Shown: positions 20,219 to 29,949 of the stretch, one piece after another
Position numbering within the stretch: the first letter of the stretch is position 1
How the letters are laid out: the number at the start of each line of letters is the position of its first letter
NCBI RefSeq assembly: GCF_035470145.1
Contig: NZ_DATIRC010000017.1
Coordinates: 438-64,437, forward strand
Source of the DNA: Romboutsia sp.
Lineage (GTDB): Bacteria > Bacillota > Clostridia > Peptostreptococcales > Peptostreptococcaceae
Reading direction: 5' to 3'
Length of the DNA stretch: 64,000 nucleotides
Notes under the pieces: generated by a model
Seen by the model: only the letters and a program-made list of their open reading frames with translations
What the model was told of the DNA's origin: nothing
The model's database searches: none
Translations under genes and position numbers: made by a program

Positions 20219-21412
20219 ATGGCAAGACATTTATTTACGTCGGAATCAGTAACAGAAGGGCATCCAGATAAAATCTGTGACCAAATATCAGACTCAATAT
20301 TAGACGCATTATTAGCAAATGATCCTTTATCAAGAGTAGCTTGTGAAACTACAGTTACTACAGGATTAGTATTAGTAGCAGGTGAAATAAGTACAAATAC
20401 TTATGTAGATATCCCTAAATTAGTAAGAGAAACAGTAAGAGAAATAGGATATGATAGAGCTAAATATGGATTTGACTGTGACACTTGTGCAGTTATAACT
20501 TCTATAGATGAACAATCAGGAGATATAGCAATGGGTGTTGACGAAGCTTTAGAAAATAGAGAAGGTGCAACAGCTGAAGACGAAATAGAAAAAGTAGGAG
20601 CTGGAGACCAAGGTATAATGTTCGGTTTTGCTTGTAATGAAACTGAAGAATTAATGCCTTTACCAATATCATTAGCTCATAAATTAGCTAGAAGATTAAC
20701 TGAAGTTAGAAAGTCAGGATTATTAGATTACTTAAGACCAGACGGAAAAACTCAAGTTACAGTTGAATATGATGGAGCTAAAATAGTTAGAGTTCATACT
20801 ATACTTATATCAACTCAACATGGAGAAGAAGTTGATAATGATACAATAAGAAGAGATTTAATAGAACATGTTATAAAGGCTGTTATACCAGCAGAATTAC
20901 TTGATGAAGAAACTATAATATACATCAACCCAACAGGAAGATTCGTTGTAGGAGGACCACAAGGAGATACTGGTCTTACAGGAAGAAAAATAATAATAGA
21001 TACTTACGGTGGATACTCAAGACACGGTGGAGGAGCATTCTCAGGGAAAGATCCAACAAAAGTTGATAGATCTGCTGCATATGCTGCAAGATACGTAGCT
21101 AAGAATATAGTTGCTGCAGGACTTGCAGATAAGTGTGAAATAGAATTAGCTTACGCAATCGGTGTTGCTAAGCCATTATCAATATTTATAGATACTTTTG
21201 GAACAGGAAAAGTTTCACAAGAAGTATTAGTAGAATTAGTAAACAAGCACTTTGATTTAAGACCAGGTGCAATAATAAGAGACTTAGAATTAAGAAGACC
21301 TATATACAAGCAAACAGCTGCTTATGGACACTTAGGAAGAGTTGATATAGATTTACCATGGGAAAAAACTGATAAAGCAGAATTATTAAGAAAAGAAGCA
21401 TTAGGACAATAA
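20219..21412 (+). CDS. metK: S-adenosylmethionine synthetase
   Basis: [35 protein letters not shown]. Confidence 0.98.
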   Translation: MARHLFTSESVTEGHPDKICDQISDSILDALLANDPLSRVACETTVTTGLVLVAGEISTNTYVDIPKLVRETVREIGYDRAKYGFDCDTCAVITSIDEQSGDIAMGVDEALENREGATAEDEIEKVGAGDQGIMFGFACNETEELMPLPISLAHKLARRLTEVRKSGLLDYLRPDGKTQVTVEYDGAKIVRVHTILISTQHGEEVDNDTIRRDLIEHVIKAVIPAELLDEETIIYINPTGRFVVGGPQGDTGLTGRKIIIDTYGGYSRHGGGAFSGKDPTKVDRSAAYAARYVAKNIVAAGLADKCEIELAYAIGVAKPLSIFIDTFGTGKVSQEVLVELVNKHFDLRPGAIIRDLELRRPIYKQTAAYGHLGRVDIDLPWEKTDKAELLRKEALGQ

Positions 21413-21566
21413 TTTAAGATATATTAAATATTTAAACCCCTTAGAGTATAAACAGGAAAATACCTGTAAAAGATTACTTTAAGGGGTGATTTTATTTTAT
21501 ATAAAAGGTATAATAATTACAACTTAAGTGAAGGATAGAAATATTATTTGTTGTAGGAGAATAAGT

Positions 21567-23789
21567 ATGGAAAGAATAGAAGGAATGGTAAGTGATATAG
21601 TATTTAAAAATGAAGATAATGGTTATACAATAGCTCATTTAGCAAATGCAGAGAATGAAGTTGTAATCGTAGGATGTATGCCAACTCTATCTATAGGAGA
21701 AAGTATAGAAGTTGAAGGTAAGTGGATAAATCATAAAACTTATGGAACTCAATTTGAAGTAAATAAATTTATGCCAGTAACGCCATCATCGCTAGAAGGA
21801 ATTTATGTGTATTTATCATCAGGAATAATACATGGCATAGGTGAAAAAATGGCTAAGAGGATAGTGGATAAGTTTGGAGTCAATACTTTAGATATAATTC
21901 AAAATACGCCAGAAAGATTAAAAGAAGTAGAAGGTATAGGAAGTAAAAAAATAGATCAAATAGTAAAAAGTTACGAAGAAAATAGAGAGCTTAGAAACAT
22001 AATTATAGAGTTATCTCCATATGGAATTACGCCTAATTATTGTATGAAAATATATAAGAAATATAAAAATAAAGCCATTGATGTTATAAATAAGAATCCG
22101 TATAAACTTGCCGAAGATATAAGAGGAATAGGGTTTAAAATAGCTGATAATATAGCTAGCAAAATAGGAATAGAAAAAAATTCTAAAGATAGAGTATCTC
22201 AAGGAATTTTGTATGCATTAAATCAATCTTTAAGTAGCGGACATACTTACCTACCTGAACATATTTTAATACAAGAGGCAGTGAAATTATTAGAAGTAAA
22301 ATCACCTATCGTTGAAACTTGTATAATGGAACTAGCATATGACCAAAAAGTTCACATAGAGAAAATGAATGGAGTAAATCTAATATACTTAATCCCATAC
22401 TATTTATCTGAAAATGGAGTTTGTAAACAAATAATAAAATTATCCCAATGCGAATTTAAAGATTTAAATATAGATATAGAAAAAGAAATCATAGTTGTAG
22501 AAGAACAAGATAATATTAAATTAGCTGAGAATCAAGCACTAGCAGTTAAAGAAGCTATAGAAAGCGGAGTAGTAATAATAACTGGCGGTCCAGGAACAGG
22601 TAAAACTACAACCATAAATACTATAATAAAAATATTTGAAAATAATAACCAAGAAGTAGTACTAGCAGCTCCCACGGGAAGAGCAGCAAAAAGGATGAGC
22701 GAAACGTCTGATAAAGAAGCTAAAACTATACATAGGCTACTAGAAATGGGATATACAACTGACAGTGATGAACTTCAGTTTATGAAAAATGAAGAAGAGC
22801 CTATTAAAGCAGATGTAATAATTATAGATGAGGTATCTATGGTAGATATTTTACTTATGTATAGCTTACTAAGAGCAATAAAGCCAGGTACTAGAGTAAT
22901 ATTAGTTGGAGATAGTGACCAGCTACCATCAGTAGGGGCAGGAAATGTACTAAAGGATATGATTGATTCTAGTGTAATAAATGTGGTTAGATTAAATGAA
23001 ATATTTAGACAAGCTCAAGAGAGCATGATAGTAGTAAATGCCCATAAAATAAATAATGGAGAGCCGCTACATTTAAATTCTAAGGGAAAGGATTTCTTTT
23101 TCATAAAAAAAACAACGAATGAAGAAATTCTAAAAGAAATAGTTGGGCTAGTACATGAAAGATTACCCCAATTTTATAATTTAGATAAATTAAAGGATAT
23201 ACAAATACTTTCATCAATGAGAAAAGGGGATTTAGGAGTAACTAATCTTAATATTGAATTACAAAAATACCTTAATAAATCTGAAAAATTTAAAGTTGAA
23301 GAGAGTTTTCAAAAAAGGCTTTTTAGAGTTGGTGACAAGGTTATGCAAATAAAAAATAACTATACTAAAAAGTGGGAAAATGAAGATAGAAGTGATAGTG
23401 GAGAAGGTATATATAATGGAGACATTGGATATATATATCATATAGATAAAGATAAAAGAACTATATATGTAATATTTGATCAAGTTAAAATAGTTGCATA
23501 TAAATATGATGAATTAGATGAACTGGATCATAGTTTTTGTACAACTATACATAAAAGTCAAGGAAGTGAGTTTCCGGTAGTAGTAATACCTATAACTTGG
23601 GCACCTCCAATGTTACTTAGCCGTAATTTATTATATACAGCAGTAACAAGAGCTAAAAAACTAGTTGTATTAGTAGGGGATGTAAAATACTTAGAGTACA
23701 TGATAAAAAATAATAGGACAAATGATAGATATTCCAATCTAGATTATAAATTAAATAAGTTTAAGGAAGAGGGGCTTTTAGTTAAGTAA
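21567..23789 (+). CDS. recD2: ATP-dependent RecD2 helicase
   Basis: GGPGTGKTT, APTGRAA, DEVSMVD, TIHKSQGSE, N-terminal HhH; ATG after AGGAG. Confidence 0.92.
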   Translation: MERIEGMVSDIVFKNEDNGYTIAHLANAENEVVIVGCMPTLSIGESIEVEGKWINHKTYGTQFEVNKFMPVTPSSLEGIYVYLSSGIIHGIGEKMAKRIVDKFGVNTLDIIQNTPERLKEVEGIGSKKIDQIVKSYEENRELRNIIIELSPYGITPNYCMKIYKKYKNKAIDVINKNPYKLAEDIRGIGFKIADNIASKIGIEKNSKDRVSQGILYALNQSLSSGHTYLPEHILIQEAVKLLEVKSPIVETCIMELAYDQKVHIEKMNGVNLIYLIPYYLSENGVCKQIIKLSQCEFKDLNIDIEKEIIVVEEQDNIKLAENQALAVKEAIESGVVIITGGPGTGKTTTINTIIKIFENNNQEVVLAAPTGRAAKRMSETSDKEAKTIHRLLEMGYTTDSDELQFMKNEEEPIKADVIIIDEVSMVDILLMYSLLRAIKPGTRVILVGDSDQLPSVGAGNVLKDMIDSSVINVVRLNEIFRQAQESMIVVNAHKINNGEPLHLNSKGKDFFFIKKTTNEEILKEIVGLVHERLPQFYNLDKLKDIQILSSMRKGDLGVTNLNIELQKYLNKSEKFKVEESFQKRLFRVGDKVMQIKNNYTKKWENEDRSDSGEGIYNGDIGYIYHIDKDKRTIYVIFDQVKIVAYKYDELDELDHSFCTTIHKSQGSEFPVVVIPITWAPPMLLSRNLLYTAVTRAKKLVVLVGDVKYLEYMIKNNRTNDRYSNLDYKLNKFKEEGLLVK

Positions 23790-23791
23790 AT

Positions 23792-24574
23792 ATGAAAAGT
23801 TATTTAAATGAAAAGTATAGCATATTTAAAAATATAACTAATATACTCTTAGAATTTATATATCCAGAGAATATAAGCTGTATCATATGTAATAAACCTA
23901 TAAATAAAAATAATACATATTCAATGTGTAGAAGTTGCTTTATGGAGTTGAATTTTATATTGGACGGTTGCATTAAATGTGGAAAGCCAATAATAAATCA
24001 TTGTTTGGAAAAACAAGATATAAGTGGATGTAGTTATTGCTTTAGTAAAAGTTTTTATTTTGATAAAGCGATCTCCTGTATAGAATATACTGAGTTTAGT
24101 AAAAAAATAATATTTGGCTTGAAATATAATAATAAGACTTATATGAGTAGGTATATAGCTAATATAATGAAGGAAAAATTAGAAATAGAAAATATAAAAT
24201 TCGATTATATACTGTTTGTACCTTTGCACAAAAAGCGTCTTAAAAAAAGAGGTTTTAACCAAGCTCAAAAGATAGCTAAATATTTAGGAGAATTGATGGA
24301 TTTACCTGTCATAGATAAAATATATAGGAAAGATTACACAAGAAGATTATATAAACTTAGTAAGGAAGAAAGAAAAATAGAATTAAAAAACGTATTTATA
24401 TTAAAAAATTCTAGCTATGATTTGAAAAATAAAGATATTCTTATTATAGACGATATATTCACAACAGGATTAACTGTAAATGAAATATCTAAATTGCTTA
24501 AGCTAAATGGTATAGGTAAAATATTTATTATGACATTCTTAACAAGAAGTAATGATTGTTATGTTACGGAATAA
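23792..24574 (+). CDS. comF: ComF-family phosphoribosyltransferase-like protein with zinc ribbon
   Basis: Four CxxC pairs, VPLH..R..RGFNQ, IIDDIFTTG. Confidence 0.88.
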   Translation: MKSYLNEKYSIFKNITNILLEFIYPENISCIICNKPINKNNTYSMCRSCFMELNFILDGCIKCGKPIINHCLEKQDISGCSYCFSKSFYFDKAISCIEYTEFSKKIIFGLKYNNKTYMSRYIANIMKEKLEIENIKFDYILFVPLHKKRLKKRGFNQAQKIAKYLGELMDLPVIDKIYRKDYTRRLYKLSKEERKIELKNVFILKNSSYDLKNKDILIIDDIFTTGLTVNEISKLLKLNGIGKIFIMTFLTRSNDCYVTE

Positions 24575-24581
24575 TTTTCTA

Positions 24582-24610
24582 TTGACATATTAATCTTAAA
24601 ATATTAAAAT
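24582..24610 (+). promoter_or_regulatory. SigA promoter of raiA-motif RNA
   Basis: TTGACA (24582-87)-N17-TAAAAT (24605-10), 8 nt before the RNA's closing stem. Confidence 0.8.
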
Positions 24611-24618
24611 GGATAAGT

Positions 24619-24824
24619 GATATTTAGGTCTGTGGTTGAAAGTCCAAGCCAGTCGCAGGCAAAGGGATCCACGTAAGTTAACACTAAAAATTGGGTTAAT
24701 GATCATGGTGCGGCTTAGAAGTAAGACCTACCGGTATAAAATCGAGAGAGCTAGTAGTGCGGCGAACCCAAGCGAACCCTCCAGTAGGCGAGTGTGGGGT
24801 CAAAAACCAGGTCAGCTAAATATC
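24619..24824 (+). ncRNA. raiA-motif structured ncRNA (called ModT in C. difficile)
   Basis: GC-rich island closed by GATATTTAG/CTAAATATC; blocks TGTGGTTGAAAGTC, GCCAGTCGCAGGC, GATCCACGTAAG, CATGGTGCGGCTTAGAAGTAAG, GGCGAGTGTGGGGTCAAA..CCAGGTCA match the raiA motif as recalled; comF-RNA-hpf synteny. Confidence 0.9.
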
Positions 24825-24826
24825 CT

Positions 24827-24852
24827 AAAGTACCTTTATAGGTGCTTTTTTT
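24827..24852 (+). terminator. Terminator of raiA-motif RNA
   Basis: AAAGTACCT-TTAT-AGGTGCTTTTTTT. Confidence 0.8.
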
Positions 24853-25009
24853 ATTGTAAAAAATTAACGTAATTATAAATACTTAATAAAAAATATTTAT
24901 AATTAAAACATATAAATTATATATTTAATAACAGGATGTATAAAATATAAATGAAATATATAAAAAAATTTTACAATAAAAAGATAGATAAAGTGTGAAA
25001 TTATGACAT

Positions 25010-25149
25010 TAATTCACAAATTAATAACAAGAGTTGTTGATATTTGTGGATATATATATGTGTATAAATAGCTTTAAATACACAAAAACATGAGTTATTA
25101 ACAAAACTATCCACATTATCCACAAGGACGATGTTGATAGTAATCCACA
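25010..25149. promoter_or_regulatory. DnaA-box cluster (non-origin)
   Basis: TTATCCACA 25116-24 (perfect), TGTGTATAA 25059-67 (reverse TTATACACA), CTATCCACA 25107-15, TAATCCACA 25141-49, TGTGGATAT 25045-53, plus weaker boxes. Confidence 0.7.
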
Positions 25150-25307
25150 CAGAATATACATAAATTAATTTGAAATTAATCTTATTTTAGTTGAATATAA
25201 TAAATTATAAAAGCTAACAATAAAAATAAAGGATTCTATAATTTAAAATAGAATATATTATTAAGTATAAAAAATTTATACTGCTATAACTGAAGGGAGA
25301 TGTTCTT

Positions 25308-25859
25308 ATGAATATAATAATATCTGGAAAACAAATGGAGCTAACAGACGGAATAAAAGGTGCAATAGAAGAAAAAATCGGAAGATTAGACTACTACCTT
25401 CATCCTGAAACAGAAGTAAAAGTAACGGTTAGTGCAAAAAAAGCTAGACAGAAAATAGAAGTAACAGTAATCCCTATAAGTGGACCAATAATTAGAGCTG
25501 AAGATATAGAAGAAAATCTATATGCAGCTATAGATGTTGTGTATGATAAATTAAATAAACAATTAAGAAGATATAAAAATAGATTACAAGATAGACATCA
25601 AAATCATGAAAGTATAAGGTTCCATGGAGAAAATTCATCAGAAGTAGAACCTGACTTTGATGGTGAAGATGATAAATTAGATATAGTAATAGAAAGAAAT
25701 AAAAAGTTTGATATGAAACCTATGAGTGCTGAAGAGGCTGTATTACAAATGGAATTAATTGAACATGATTTCTATATGTTCAGAAATATAGACACAGATG
25801 AAATTTCTATAGTATATAAGCGTAGAAATGGTGGATACGGAATGATAGAGCATGAATAA
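25308..25859 (+). CDS. hpf: Ribosome hibernation promoting factor, long form (RaiA/Hpf)
   Basis: LYAAID..DKL.KQLRRYK N-domain; C-terminal KPMSAEEAVLQMELIEHDF. Confidence 0.95.
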   Translation: MNIIISGKQMELTDGIKGAIEEKIGRLDYYLHPETEVKVTVSAKKARQKIEVTVIPISGPIIRAEDIEENLYAAIDVVYDKLNKQLRRYKNRLQDRHQNHESIRFHGENSSEVEPDFDGEDDKLDIVIERNKKFDMKPMSAEEAVLQMELIEHDFYMFRNIDTDEISIVYKRRNGGYGMIEHE

Positions 25860-25876
25860 GATAATTTAAATTAATT

Positions 25877-25915
25877 AAAAAGCTATCGATAAATTTAATT
25901 ATCGATAGCTTTTTT
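25877..25915 (+). terminator. Terminator after hpf
   Basis: AAAAAGCTATCGATAA...TTATCGATAGCTTTTTT. Confidence 0.85.
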
Positions 25916-26049
25916 AGATGAAATTATATTACATAAAAAAAGCATGCTTTTAGATAGAAGTTGTAATGACAAATATACAATATTAAATATATTATTTTTA
26001 TGGTAAAATGTATAATAGTATAATAAATGCGCGAGGAGAGATGCTGAAC

Positions 26050-28722
26050 ATGGGTTTTTTAGATAATTTATTTAACATGGCAGATAAAAAAGAATTAAAA
26101 AAGTTTAATAAAAAAGTTGACGAAATAGATTCCTTAGAGCCTAAATTTGAATCTATGTCAGATAAAGAGCTTAAGAATATGACTGACATATTCAAAGAAA
26201 GATTAAATAATGGAGAAAGTATAGATAGCATATTACCAGAAGCTTTTGCAGTAGTTAGAGAAGCTTCAAAAAGAGTACTGGGAATGAGACACTATAGAGT
26301 ACAGCTTATAGGTGGTATTGTTTTACATCAAGGTAGAATAGCAGAGATGAAGACCGGTGAAGGAAAGACGTTGGTTGCAACGGCACCAGTATATTTAAAT
26401 GCTCTTACAGGAAAAGGAGTACATGTAGTTACAGTAAATGACTACTTAGCAAAGCGTGATAAAGAGCAAATGGGTAAAGTATATGAATTCCTTGGAATGA
26501 CAGTAGGAGTAATAGTTCATGGCCAAAATCCTCAAGTTAGAAGATCTCAATATCAATGTGACATAACTTATGGAACAAATAACGAATATGGATTTGATTA
26601 CTTAAAAGACAATATGGTAATACATAAAGAACAAATGGTTCAAAGAGAATTAAACTATGCTATAGTTGATGAGGTAGATTCTATACTTGTAGATGAAGCT
26701 AGAACTCCTCTGATAATATCTGGACCTGGTGATAAATCTACTCATTTATATGGAGATGCTAATACTTTTATATTAACATTAAAACCGGAAAATTATGAAT
26801 TAGATGAAAAACAAAAATCAGTATCTTTAACTGACTCAGGAATACAAAAGGCAGAGGTTTACTTTAACGTAGAAAATATAACAGATGTAGCTCACATGGA
26901 ACTATATCATCATATAAATCAAGCTCTAAAAGCTCATATTATAATGAAGCGTGATGTTGATTATGTATCTAAAGATGGAGAGATAATCATAGTAGATGAA
27001 TTTACAGGAAGACTTATGTTTGGTAGAAGATATTCAGAAGGATTACATCAAGCAATAGAAGCTAAAGAAGGATTAAAAATACAAAGAGAATCTAAAACTT
27101 TAGCAACTGTTACATTCCAAAATTATTTCAGAATGTACAATAAGCTTTCTGGGATGACAGGTACAGCTAAAACAGAAGAAGAAGAGTTTAAAGCAATATA
27201 TAAAATGGATGTTGTTCAAATTCCTACAAATAAGCCAATATTAAGACAAGACTTACCAGATGCAGTATATAAAAATGAAAAAGGTAAGTTTAATGCAGTT
27301 GCAGAAGATATAATAGAAAGACATGCATATAAACAACCTATACTTGTAGGTACTGTATCAATAGAAAACTCGGAACTATTATCACAGCTTCTAAAAAGAA
27401 GAGGAGTTAAGCATGAGGTACTAAATGCTAAGCATCATGATAAAGAAGCAGAGATAATAGCACAAGCTGGTAGATTAGGTGCAGTTACTATAGCAACTAA
27501 TATGGCAGGCCGTGGTACAGACATAGTATTAGGAGGGAATCCTACATTTTTAACTAAAAAAGAAATGAAGAGATTAGGATATGATGAGTCGGTAATAAAC
27601 AAAGTAGATGCATCTTTAGAGGGAATAGCTGTTGAAGGAAATGAAGAATTATTCGCAGCTAGAGCAGAATACGAGAAATTATATAAAAAGTATAAAGGAC
27701 AAATTGAACAAGAGCAAGCTGAGGTTGTTAAAGCTGGTGGGCTAGCTATAATAGGTACAGAAAGACATGAATCTAGAAGAATAGATAATCAGTTAAGAGG
27801 CCGTGCAGGACGTCAAGGTGACCCAGGTAGTTCAAGATTCTATATATCATTACAAGATGATCTTATGAGATTATTTGGAAGTGATAGAATATCTACAGTA
27901 GTAGAAAAAATAGGTCTTGAGGAAGACATGCCTATAGAGCATAAAATGTTAACTAAATCTATAGAAAGTGCACAGAAAAAGGTAGAAGGTAGAAACTTCG
28001 GAATAAGAAAACACGTACTTCAATACGATGATGTTATGAATAAGCAAAGAGAAATAATATACGCTGAAAGAAGACGTGTATTAGAAGGTGAAAACTTACA
28101 AGAACAAATACAAGGGATGATACATTCTTTAATAGAAGATGCAGCAAATATATATACTCAAGAAGAAGGATTTAATGTAGATGGATTTAGAGATTATCTA
28201 TATCACTTATTTATGCCAAAGGGAAGTATAGAAATACCAGATATGGAAAAACTTAATACGGCAGAAATAATAGAAGCAGTTTATGAAATAGCAATGAAAA
28301 TTTATAATGCAAAAGAAGAAAGAATAGGTTCAGAAAGAATGAGAGAAGTAGAAAGAGTAATATTACTTCAATCAGTTGATAACCATTGGATAGACCATAT
28401 AGATGCTATGGACCAATTACGTCAAGGTATAGGACTTCGTGCAATAGGACAACAAGATCCAGTAGTTGCGTATAAAATGGAAGGTTTTGATATGTTTGAT
28501 GAAATGACTAAGCATATTAAAGAAGACACGATAAGATACTTATTCAATATAACTATAGAAGAACCTGTAGAAAGAAAGCAAGTTATAGATGTTAATCACC
28601 TATCATCTAATATAAACGATGAACCAGCAAATAAAACTGTTAAAAAAGATGATACGATAGGTAGAAATGACGAATGTCCTTGTGGAAGTGGAAAGAAATA
28701 TAAAAAGTGTTGTGGAAGATAA
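26050..28722 (+). CDS. secA: Preprotein translocase ATPase SecA
   Basis: [27 protein letters not shown]-terminal [14 protein letters not shown]; ATG 26050 after GAGGAG. Confidence 0.97.
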   Translation: MGFLDNLFNMADKKELKKFNKKVDEIDSLEPKFESMSDKELKNMTDIFKERLNNGESIDSILPEAFAVVREASKRVLGMRHYRVQLIGGIVLHQGRIAEMKTGEGKTLVATAPVYLNALTGKGVHVVTVNDYLAKRDKEQMGKVYEFLGMTVGVIVHGQNPQVRRSQYQCDITYGTNNEYGFDYLKDNMVIHKEQMVQRELNYAIVDEVDSILVDEARTPLIISGPGDKSTHLYGDANTFILTLKPENYELDEKQKSVSLTDSGIQKAEVYFNVENITDVAHMELYHHINQALKAHIIMKRDVDYVSKDGEIIIVDEFTGRLMFGRRYSEGLHQAIEAKEGLKIQRESKTLATVTFQNYFRMYNKLSGMTGTAKTEEEEFKAIYKMDVVQIPTNKPILRQDLPDAVYKNEKGKFNAVAEDIIERHAYKQPILVGTVSIENSELLSQLLKRRGVKHEVLNAKHHDKEAEIIAQAGRLGAVTIATNMAGRGTDIVLGGNPTFLTKKEMKRLGYDESVINKVDASLEGIAVEGNEELFAARAEYEKLYKKYKGQIEQEQAEVVKAGGLAIIGTERHESRRIDNQLRGRAGRQGDPGSSRFYISLQDDLMRLFGSDRISTVVEKIGLEEDMPIEHKMLTKSIESAQKKVEGRNFGIRKHVLQYDDVMNKQREIIYAERRRVLEGENLQEQIQGMIHSLIEDAANIYTQEEGFNVDGFRDYLYHLFMPKGSIEIPDMEKLNTAEIIEAVYEIAMKIYNAKEERIGSERMREVERVILLQSVDNHWIDHIDAMDQLRQGIGLRAIGQQDPVVAYKMEGFDMFDEMTKHIKEDTIRYLFNITIEEPVERKQVIDVNHLSSNINDEPANKTVKKDDTIGRNDECPCGSGKKYKKCCGR

Positions 28723-28737
28723 TTTTGGAGGACTTAA

Positions 28738-29848
28738 ATGTTAAATTTACAAGATTATAGAAATAGTGTGGAGAGTATGTCTTCAAATATAGAAGAATTG
28801 AGGGCTTCTCTTTGACATTGATTCATTATTAATTAAAATAAATCAAAATGAAGAAAAAATGAATGAGCAAGATTTTTGGAATGACAATGAAATTGCTCAA
28901 AAAATTCTTCAAGAGAATAAATTACTTAAAGAAACAGTAGATGCGTATAATAATTTAACAGAGGCTTTAGAGGAGATAGAAATTTTAATAGAACTAGGAT
29001 TAGAAGAAAATGATGAATCTATTGAAAAAGAAATAGATCAGTCTATATCAAATCTTGAAAAAGAAATAGACAGTTTAAGAATAAAGACTCTTTTAAGCGG
29101 TGAATATGATAAAAATAATGCTATATTATCTATAAATGCAGGAACTGGTGGATTAGATGCTCAGGATTGGGCACAAATGTTACTAAGAATGTATATAAGG
29201 TGGGGAGAAAGTAAAGGCTATAAGGTTAAAATATTAGATATGATATCAGACCCTGAAGCTGGAATAAAAAGTTCAACCCTACTTATAGAAGGACTTAATG
29301 CATATGGATACCTAAGAAGTGAAAAAGGAGTACATCGTATAGTTAGAATATCACCTTTTGACCCATCAGGAAAAAGGCATACATCATTTGCATCTATAGA
29401 TGTTATACCAGAGTTAGATGATAGTATACAAATAGATATAAATCCTGCTGATTTAAAAATTGATACATATAGAGCTTCTGGTGCAGGGGGTCAGCATGTA
29501 AATACTACGGATTCAGCAGTAAGAATAACACATATTCCTACAGGTGTTGTAGTACAATGCCAAAATGAAAGATCTCAACATAAGAATAAAGACACAGCAA
29601 TGAGAATGCTTATGGCAAAACTTATAGAACTAAAAGAGCTTGAGCAAAAGGAAAAGATAGAAGATATTCAAGGTAAATATTCTCAAATAACTTGGGGAAG
29701 TCAAATAAGGTCATATGTATTCCAACCATATAAATTAGTAAAAGATCATAGAACTAATGCAGAAATGGGAAATATAGATAGTGCGATGGATGGAAATATA
29801 GATTTATTTATAAATGAGTACTTAAAAATGAATAAATCAAAAAAATAA
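28738..29848 (+). CDS. prfB: Peptide chain release factor 2, +1 programmed frameshift at CTT-TGA (28810-28815)
   Basis: 25-codon upstream frame from ATG 28738 ends AGG GCT TCT CTT TGA C; the +1 frame (GAC at 28814) is in frame with the ORF carrying SPF and GGQ. Confidence 0.96.
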
Positions 29849-29949
29849 TTCAAATAAGGGCTTGGGAATTTAATTCTCGAGCCTTATTTTAAAGATATTT
29901 AAAATTAAATCATAATGCATATAAATTTCAACGAAAGAAGAGGGTTAAT

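Noticed and set aside
24636-24872. 78-aa ORF from the track
   Set aside because: No RBS, lies within the raiA-motif RNA and crosses its terminator
24990-25150. DnaA-box cluster as oriC
   Set aside because: No dnaA/dnaN/rpmH nearby, and gene orientation stays mostly + on both sides with no strand switch
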